A DNA stretch of 60,707 bases. It comes from Candidatus Cloacimonadota bacterium (GTDB lineage Bacteria > Cloacimonadota > Cloacimonadia > Cloacimonadales > JAMOQM01). Made by a program: the position numbers and the translations under genes. Shown here one piece after another: positions 55,485-60,707 of this stretch. How positions within the stretch are numbered: the stretch's first letter is position 1; each line of letters begins with the position of its first letter. The notes beneath the pieces were generated by a model that saw only the letters and a list, made by a program, of their open reading frames with translations, had not been told where the DNA came from and did no database searches. The stretch spans positions 1 to 60,707 of the forward strand of contig JAMOQM010000027.1 of NCBI GenBank assembly GCA_027064005.1, given 5' to 3'.

Positions 55485-56047
55485 TAAAACATAAATTTGA
55501 TAGAAAAATATTTACATTTAGTTTGTTACTCAAAGACTTAGGTTTTCTTTTATATAAGTTTCCAAAAATAATTGGAGCATTGCGAAACGAAAAGATTAAT
55601 AAGGCATATATGGAAAAAATAATGACAGTTGTTACCGCTGTTAACGGTTGTACATATTGTACTTGGTTTCACGCAAAACAAGCTGTTTCAAGTGGAATTA
55701 GTGAAGATGAAGTAAAAAATATGTTAAAACTTCAATTTGATGCTGATGCGACAGACTTTGAAATGCTTGGATTATTATATGCACAACATTATGCTGAAAC
55801 AAATAGAAAACCAGACAAAGAAATGACTGATAAATTATTTGAATTTTATGGAGATAATACAGCAAATCATATTATTCTCATTATTCGAATGATTTTCTTT
55901 GGAAACTTGCAAGGTAATACGTTTGATGCCTTTTTAAGTAGATTAAAAGGTGATAAAGCAAAAAACAGTAATGTAATTTTTGAAACTATTTTCTTTGTAA
56001 TAAATGCTCCTATACTACTTCCTATTTTACCATTTATAAAAAAATAG
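55481..56047 (+). CDS. AhpD-like / carboxymuconolactone-decarboxylase family protein with a CxxC motif and a hydrophobic C-terminus
   Basis: AVNGCTYCTWFHAKQA is the AhpD-type CxxC helix. Confidence 0.6.
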   Translation: MIKHKFDRKIFTFSLLLKDLGFLLYKFPKIIGALRNEKINKAYMEKIMTVVTAVNGCTYCTWFHAKQAVSSGISEDEVKNMLKLQFDADATDFEMLGLLYAQHYAETNRKPDKEMTDKLFEFYGDNTANHIILIIRMIFFGNLQGNTFDAFLSRLKGDKAKNSNVIFETIFFVINAPILLPILPFIKK

Positions 56048-56265
56048 CGAAATTAATAATGACAAAAAACGAAATGCTAACAAAGGCTATACATAATTTT
56101 GGCAATATGCTTATATTGAAGTTTATAGTAATAAATAAAATTAGTAGAAAATTGAAATTAATCGTTTTAAAATCCCAAACTACGCATATCCCAACCGTGA
56201 ATAGCCATTTAACTAATTTAAATTATCTGAAAAAATTTAAAGAGAATGAAACTGATCTCTGAAAG

Positions 56266-56332
56266 AATAGGCATAACACAGTACTCCACTCCCGAAAAAA
56301 GGGCGTGGCAGTGCCACCCATTATACCGATTT
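56266..56332 (+). repeat. Copy D of the recurrent structured intergenic element (short form)
   Basis: AATAGGCATAACACA GTACTCCACTCCCG-AAAAAA-GGGCGTGGCAGTGCCAC CCATTATACCGATT. The ends are complementary (9 of 12 positions). Confidence 0.6.
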
Positions 56333-56358
56333 AGTAAAAATTAAATCCGGAAGGAAAT

Positions 56359-56436
56359 ATGAATAACAAAATACAATGTCCAAATTGTGAACACAGTTTC
56401 GAACTTGATAAAGCATCTGATCATGAAAAAAATTGA
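56359..56436 (+). pseudogene. 25-codon zinc-ribbon fragment (MNNKIQCPNCEHSFELDKASDHEKN), probably the N-terminal remnant of a longer gene
   Basis: It has an RBS (GGAAGGAAA), and its CPxC..H start resembles the N-terminus of longer zinc-ribbon proteins. It terminates after 25 codons. Confidence 0.3.
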
Positions 56437-56499
56437 AAGAACAGCTTTTGCTTTAGAAAAATATGTGAGCTAAATACTTGCAGTCCAATCAATAAATTT

Positions 56500-56886
56500 C
56501 TATTTTTTTTGAGATTTCTCCAATTTTTTATCCAATAAATCCACAATTTCTTTTTCTGCAAAAAATCCTTGATGACGGAAAAATTCTTTCCCGTTTTCGT
56601 CTAAAAATATCTGAGTTGGAATCAATTTTATTCCATATTTAATTGCATATTTTCGCCCGGATTTAGCCACAACATCATGAAAAATCACTTTTACACGTTC
56701 AGGATATTTAGTTTCGATTTTTTTCATCACCGGTTGCATCATTTTACAGGGAATGCAGTTTACTGATCCCAATTCAATAAAGGTTACTTTTTCTAACTTG
56801 TTATTTTGATTTTTATTCGAATTAGATTCCGTAGCAAAAATAGAAAAGCTTAACAAAACCATCATCATAAATAAAATATTCTTCAT
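56500..56886 (-). CDS. Exported thioredoxin
   Basis: Signal peptide MKNILFMMMVLLSFSIFA. FIELGSVNCIPCKMM (CxxC). AGGAGA RBS before the ATG at 56886. Confidence 0.8.
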   Translation of the reverse strand: MKNILFMMMVLLSFSIFATESNSNKNQNNKLEKVTFIELGSVNCIPCKMMQPVMKKIETKYPERVKVIFHDVVAKSGRKYAIKYGIKLIPTQIFLDENGKEFFRHQGFFAEKEIVDLLDKKLEKSQKK

Positions 56887-56900
56887 TTTTTCTCCTGAAA

Positions 56901-57608
56901 TTAGTAAATTTTCCAAATCAAATAAATTCCGGCAATAATGACAAGAATGCCCGATAATTTTTTCACAATTAAAATTCCTTTGGAATTGTCACTCCAATTT
57001 AAATATTTCTGAACAATTTTGCTAAATGTACCAAAAAATATAATTACGGAACAATGTCCCAATCCATAAGAAATTATTAGAACTATACCGAAAATTAAAT
57101 GCGATGCTGTTGATAATTTAAAGGCAATCGATAGTATAGGTGCCATGTAGGCAAAAGTGCATGGACCGAGAGCAATCCCGAAAATTAATCCTAAAATAAA
57201 AGCAGCAAATAAGCCTTTTTTCTTAAATTTTGGTTGATTCATACTTCCTAAAAATGGTAATGGAATTATTCCCAATAAGTTTAATCCTATCAAAAAGAAA
57301 ATTATTGCAACAAAATAATTTCCAAATGAACCGATATCTCCGAGCATTCTTCCGGTTAATGACGTAATAACACCTATCAAAGCAATAGTTGATAAAATCC
57401 CCACTGAAAATAAGCTTGAAATCAAAAATGCTCTTCTTGTTGAAATCTCCTTCTGTTCACTGATAAAGCCTATCACCAACGGAATACTTGATAGATGGCA
57501 TGGACTTAATAAAATACTTAAAATTCCCCAACAAAAAGCCGCTAGAATTGCTAACAAAGGTGCCCCATTCAAAGTCGATGACAATAAACCGAAAATATTA
57601 TTTAACAT
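56901..57608 (-). CDS. ccdA: CcdA/DsbD-family membrane thiol-disulfide electron transporter
   Basis: Two conserved Cys-containing TM motifs (LLSPCHLSSIPL and ALGPCTFAYMAPI). About 6 TM segments. Confidence 0.8.
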   Translation of the reverse strand: MLNNIFGLLSSTLNGAPLLAILAAFCWGILSILLSPCHLSSIPLVIGFISEQKEISTRRAFLISSLFSVGILSTIALIGVITSLTGRMLGDIGSFGNYFVAIIFFLIGLNLLGIIPLPFLGSMNQPKFKKKGLFAAFILGLIFGIALGPCTFAYMAPILSIAFKLSTASHLIFGIVLIISYGLGHCSVIIFFGTFSKIVQKYLNWSDNSKGILIVKKLSGILVIIAGIYLIWKIY

Positions 57609-57679
57609 ATTTTTCTTTCCTAAGTTTTAAGTTTGAAAATGGACTATCAGAAAATTACAGATAGTCCAGAAATCCTTGC

Positions 57680-58081
57680 TTATTTATCTTCCTTGTTAGC
57701 AAGATATTTCAATAACTTGCCTGGTTTAAACTCATTGGCAATCTCTAAATATCCGCCTTCAAGAATTCTTACATTATCATAACCCATACCGCGTAAATAT
57801 AGATAAACCATTGTGGATCTTACTCCGGAAGAACAAAAAACTCCCACCAATTTATTTTTAGGAATTTCATTTATCCTTTCCGAAATTTCGCATATTGGAA
57901 TATGAATTACCGGTACGTGATATAATAAACCAAACGATAACGTGTTAAATTCTTCGTTAGATCTTACATCAAGAAACAGAGAATCTTTTTCTGAAAAATG
58001 AGCTGAAGGTGAAATTTTATGTTTTCCACTTCCAAAGAATTCCAATGACATTGATTTTAGTACTTTTTCTAAATTATTCAT
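57680..58081 (-). CDS. Rhodanese-domain sulfurtransferase
   Basis: LDVRSNEEF and the active-site loop FCSSGVRS. Confidence 0.8.
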   Translation of the reverse strand: MNNLEKVLKSMSLEFFGSGKHKISPSAHFSEKDSLFLDVRSNEEFNTLSFGLLYHVPVIHIPICEISERINEIPKNKLVGVFCSSGVRSTMVYLYLRGMGYDNVRILEGGYLEIANEFKPGKLLKYLANKEDK

Positions 58082-58089
58082 GTTTTCCC

Positions 58090-58329
58090 CTACAATTTAT
58101 TAGTTAATATTTTTTCTAATTTTTTTTTGGCTGGAATTTTACCGATCAAAACTACATCTTCATTTACAACCAACGCCGGAGTCATCATAACTCCGTAATC
58201 CATAATTTCATCAATTTTGGTAACTTTTTCAACAATCGCTTCAAGGTGCAAATCCGCTATAACTTCTCGAACAACTTTTTCCAATTTTAAACAATTCGGA
58301 CAACCTGTTCCTAATATTTTTACTAACAT
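58090..58329 (-). CDS. Small thioredoxin-fold protein (redox-active disulfide protein 2 / Thioredoxin_3 type), copy 2
   Basis: MLVKILGTGCPNCLKLE...MMTPALVVNE. Confidence 0.8.
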   Translation of the reverse strand: MLVKILGTGCPNCLKLEKVVREVIADLHLEAIVEKVTKIDEIMDYGVMMTPALVVNEDVVLIGKIPAKKKLEKILTNKL

Positions 58330-58575
58330 TTACCTCTCCTCTTTTTCTTTAATTAATTCCGTTATTTTTTCTATCGTCAAAAGTTTACCGACGGAAACAA
58401 CTTCTTCATTAATAACTAAAGCCGGCACCATCATAACTCCGAAATCCACGATTTCATCGATTGATGAAATTTTAATTACTTCTGCTGAACTTTTCATTTT
58501 TTCAACAGCTTCTCGGACATTCTTTTCAAGTAAAAGACAATTTTTACATCCGGTTCCCAATACTTTTATAATCAT
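58330..58575 (-). CDS. Small thioredoxin-fold protein (Thioredoxin_3 type), copy 1
   Basis: MIIKVLGTGCKNCLLLE...MMVPALVINE. It abuts copy 2 with no intergenic base. Confidence 0.8.
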   Translation of the reverse strand: MIIKVLGTGCKNCLLLEKNVREAVEKMKSSAEVIKISSIDEIVDFGVMMVPALVINEEVVSVGKLLTIEKITELIKEKEER

Positions 58576-58612
58576 TTAATAACTCCTTTAATATTTTTTA
58601 CTTTGAATATGT

Positions 58613-59914
58613 TTAGCCAAAAAATGTGCCAAATATTACGCCTGAAATCGTAGCCATCACCATCACAATTGAAACATAAACTATTGTTTTTTTAGTTCCC
58701 ATTACACTTCTAATAACTAACATATTTGGAAGAGACAGTGCCGGACCTGCCAAAAGTAAAGCCAATGCCGGACCTTTTCCCATTCCACTTCCTAACAATC
58801 CCTGTAAAATCGGTACTTCCGTCAAAGTAGCAAAATACATAAACGCTCCGCTTATAGAAGCAAACAAATTTGCTCCAATAGAATTTCCTCCGACAAGTTT
58901 TACAATCCATTCGGAAGAAATTAAACCTTCATGACCGGGTCTTCCCAACAATGAGCCTGCAATTAGAACACCAAAAAATAGTAGTGGTAAAATTTGTTTT
59001 GCAAATCCCCAAGTTGCTGCAAACCAATCACCTAATTCATCATCAGAGGTACTTGTGAAATATGATAGCCCAATAATTCCGGTAACAAAAGTAAACATCG
59101 GATTGTGTTTGAAAACAAAAAATGAAATGATGGTTGTAAAAACAATAGTGAGAATTTTCCATACTTTCATTTTAAAAATTTTATTTAAAACTATTCCAAA
59201 GGATATTCCTAATATTGAAGTTATTATCCATTTGGCATTGTAAATAGTTGCCCAAACTCCGGAATCTATAGTTGGTTTTCCCCAATTAGCAAAAATTAAA
59301 ATTAAAACCATTATCCCAAAATGAACAATTTCTTGCCATAATGGTCGCGTAACTTCAGGTTCCGGCATTAACATTTGTTTTTTAACTTTTTCCTTTTCTT
59401 CTTTTCTGAAAATAAAAGCCATCAATAATCCAATAATAACACTGAAAAGTATCGCGCCAACTGCTCTGGCAATTCCAATTTCAACACCCAAAACTCTTGC
59501 AGTTAAAATTATCGCCAAAACATTAATTGCGGGACCGGAATATAAAAAAGCTGTTGCCGGTCCAAGACCTGCACCACGTTTATAAATTCCACTAAACAGC
59601 GGTAAGATTGTACATGAACAAACAGCTAAAATTGCACCCGAAACCGATGCTACGGCATAAGCTGTTACTTTCTTTGCTCTTGCTCCAAGATACTTAATCA
59701 CTGACGCTTGACTAATAAAAACACTAATCGCTCCGGCAATAAACAAAGCCGGAAGTAAGCACAGAATAACGTGTAATTGAGCATATTCTTTTAGCATAAA
59801 CATTGATTCCATTATCGCATTTTGAAACCTATGAGAACTAACCGGCAAAAAATAAGAGAGAAGGAAAACCGTAACCATAGTAACTAACATTTTCCATTCA
59901 TTTTTCCATTTCAT
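58613..59914 (-). CDS. Permease of the ArsP/YraQ (DUF318) family
   Basis: Multi-TM protein with the family's Cys pair AVCSCTILPLFSG. It lies in the usual gene context with Thioredoxin_3 proteins. ATG 59914 after GGAGG is preferred to the listed 59938. Confidence 0.7.
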   Translation of the reverse strand: MKWKNEWKMLVTMVTVFLLSYFLPVSSHRFQNAIMESMFMLKEYAQLHVILCLLPALFIAGAISVFISQASVIKYLGARAKKVTAYAVASVSGAILAVCSCTILPLFSGIYKRGAGLGPATAFLYSGPAINVLAIILTARVLGVEIGIARAVGAILFSVIIGLLMAFIFRKEEKEKVKKQMLMPEPEVTRPLWQEIVHFGIMVLILIFANWGKPTIDSGVWATIYNAKWIITSILGISFGIVLNKIFKMKVWKILTIVFTTIISFFVFKHNPMFTFVTGIIGLSYFTSTSDDELGDWFAATWGFAKQILPLLFFGVLIAGSLLGRPGHEGLISSEWIVKLVGGNSIGANLFASISGAFMYFATLTEVPILQGLLGSGMGKGPALALLLAGPALSLPNMLVIRSVMGTKKTIVYVSIVMVMATISGVIFGTFFG

Positions 59915-60162
59915 TAAACCTCCAAATAAAAAAATCATCCTTATTTCGTCTTTTTGCGAAATGACTAAATATTGTCAACTTTTTATTATTTAGATTTAAG
60001 ATTAATGCCCATAGTTGTATTTCTAAAATAATTTTTAAGAATAATGGCACAGCAAACAATACTCATTTTCGAACGACAATTTATCGAAAACATCTATTGC
60101 TACCAAAAGATTTGGTTTTCAAAATAAATTACTTATATGTTACTTTTCTACAAAGCCTCTTA

Positions 60163-60707
60163 TTACATCCAAATCGTAAAAATCCCTTCTTCGTCACTAT
60201 GTGTAAATTTTTTATCTTTGTTTTTGCTCATGATAATCATATATCCATTTTGAGCATGTTCACGTCTGAGATAATCTTTGATTTGCTCAATTCCCTGTTT
60301 ATGATATTTTTCGCCGTACCATAATTTTAACTCAATAATAAACTTTTCATCCTTAAAAAGTACAATCACATCAAGACGACGTTCCGCACTAATTTGAGCT
60401 TCTTTATAACTAAATCCCGTCCCGTTTATAATTGGTTTTAAAAAAACGAGGAAAAGCATTCTTAGATTATTTTCCAGGAATTCATCGCTTTTAAGCAAAT
60501 CGCTGTTTGAATATTTTTCTTCAATAACTTCACTAAATTTTAGCAAAACTTTTTTTATATCCAGTTTTCCGTTTGGTTTGAGATAGATACTTTGAACTGT
60601 ATTGAAATATCTTTTTGATGTTTCCAATTTGCTAACAAAATAATCACTAATATATTCTTCATAAATTTTGTTATGAATTACCACTTTCCCTTGATAATTT
60701 CTAATTA
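60163..60707 (-). CDS. PD-(D/E)xK nuclease-family domain protein (DUF1703-like C-terminal part). The N-terminus lies outside the window.
   Basis: RLDVIVLFKDEKFIIELKLW is a D...E.K nuclease motif. The ORF is still open at the window edge. Confidence 0.55.
   Translation of the reverse strand, partial: IRNYQGKVVIHNKIYEEYISDYFVSKLETSKRYFNTVQSIYLKPNGKLDIKKVLLKFSEVIEEKYSNSDLLKSDEFLENNLRMLFLVFLKPIINGTGFSYKEAQISAERRLDVIVLFKDEKFIIELKLWYGEKYHKQGIEQIKDYLRREHAQNGYMIIMSKNKDKKFTHSDEEGIFTIWM

Noticed and set aside
56059-56262. 67-aa ORF after the AhpD-like gene
   Set aside because: No recognisable motif and a weak start context. It is kept only as a possible remnant within the decay zone and is not annotated as a gene.
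1-60707. Alternative genetic code (TGA reassigned to Trp or Gly)
   Set aside because: TGA terminates many well-supported ORFs at sensible ends, often with an RBS and start immediately after (for example 2810-2812, 5296-5298, 10100-10102, 31479-31481). Only the 19472 TGA needs special reading.
1-60707. CRISPR arrays, tRNA/rRNA genes, IS elements and prophage blocks
   Set aside because: No regularly spaced direct repeats, tRNA-like T-arm or acceptor signatures, or transposase, integrase or phage structural gene motifs were found by reading either strand. KilA-N is the only gene with a mobile-element flavour.

Overview
This is a strongly AT-rich bacterial chromosome segment that uses the standard genetic code. 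TGA, TAA and TAG all end long, well-supported ORFs. Gene content points to an anaerobic member of the FCB superphylum, possibly Cloacimonadota-like, though that placement is inference only. Five secreted proteins end in the same T9SS-type sorting domain (NYPNPFNP.TTI...GIYFY...KM.L.K). There is also a tungsten-type aldehyde:ferredoxin oxidoreductase and many thiol/disulfide and Fe-S electron-transfer genes. Housekeeping genes recognised with confidence are cca, thrS, kdsD, lon, dapD, tcdA, fdhD and aor. No rRNA, tRNA, CRISPR array, transposase or integrase was seen.

The accessory and unusual content falls into seven groups:
1. An edge-truncated four-gene operon (PIN-domain protein, coiled-coil protein, ClpA/B-like AAA+ ATPase, NrdG-like radical-SAM activase) resembles an uncharacterised conflict or defence module.
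2. A RiPP cassette follows it. It comprises an unlisted 39-aa precursor and an RRE/radical-SAM/SPASM maturase.
3. A recurrent 60-80 nt structured intergenic element sits at gene-cassette boundaries. Four clear copies and one degenerate copy were found.
4. A DsbD-centred extracytoplasmic redox cluster ends in a gene with an in-frame TGA inside a UxxC motif. This is a candidate secreted, T9SS-sorted selenoprotein with a Cys paralogue nearby.
5. Two tandem genes of about 1765 aa encode surface proteins. They show a mosaic identity pattern and a Shine-Dalgarno (SD) hairpin maintained by a compensatory change.
6. A Moco/Tuco-riboswitch-like leader precedes aor. Decayed moaD and moeB remnants follow it.
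7. A Sec-type (non-Tat) polyferredoxin cluster lies on the minus strand.

Coordinates of small motifs were hand-indexed and may be off by 1-2 nt.
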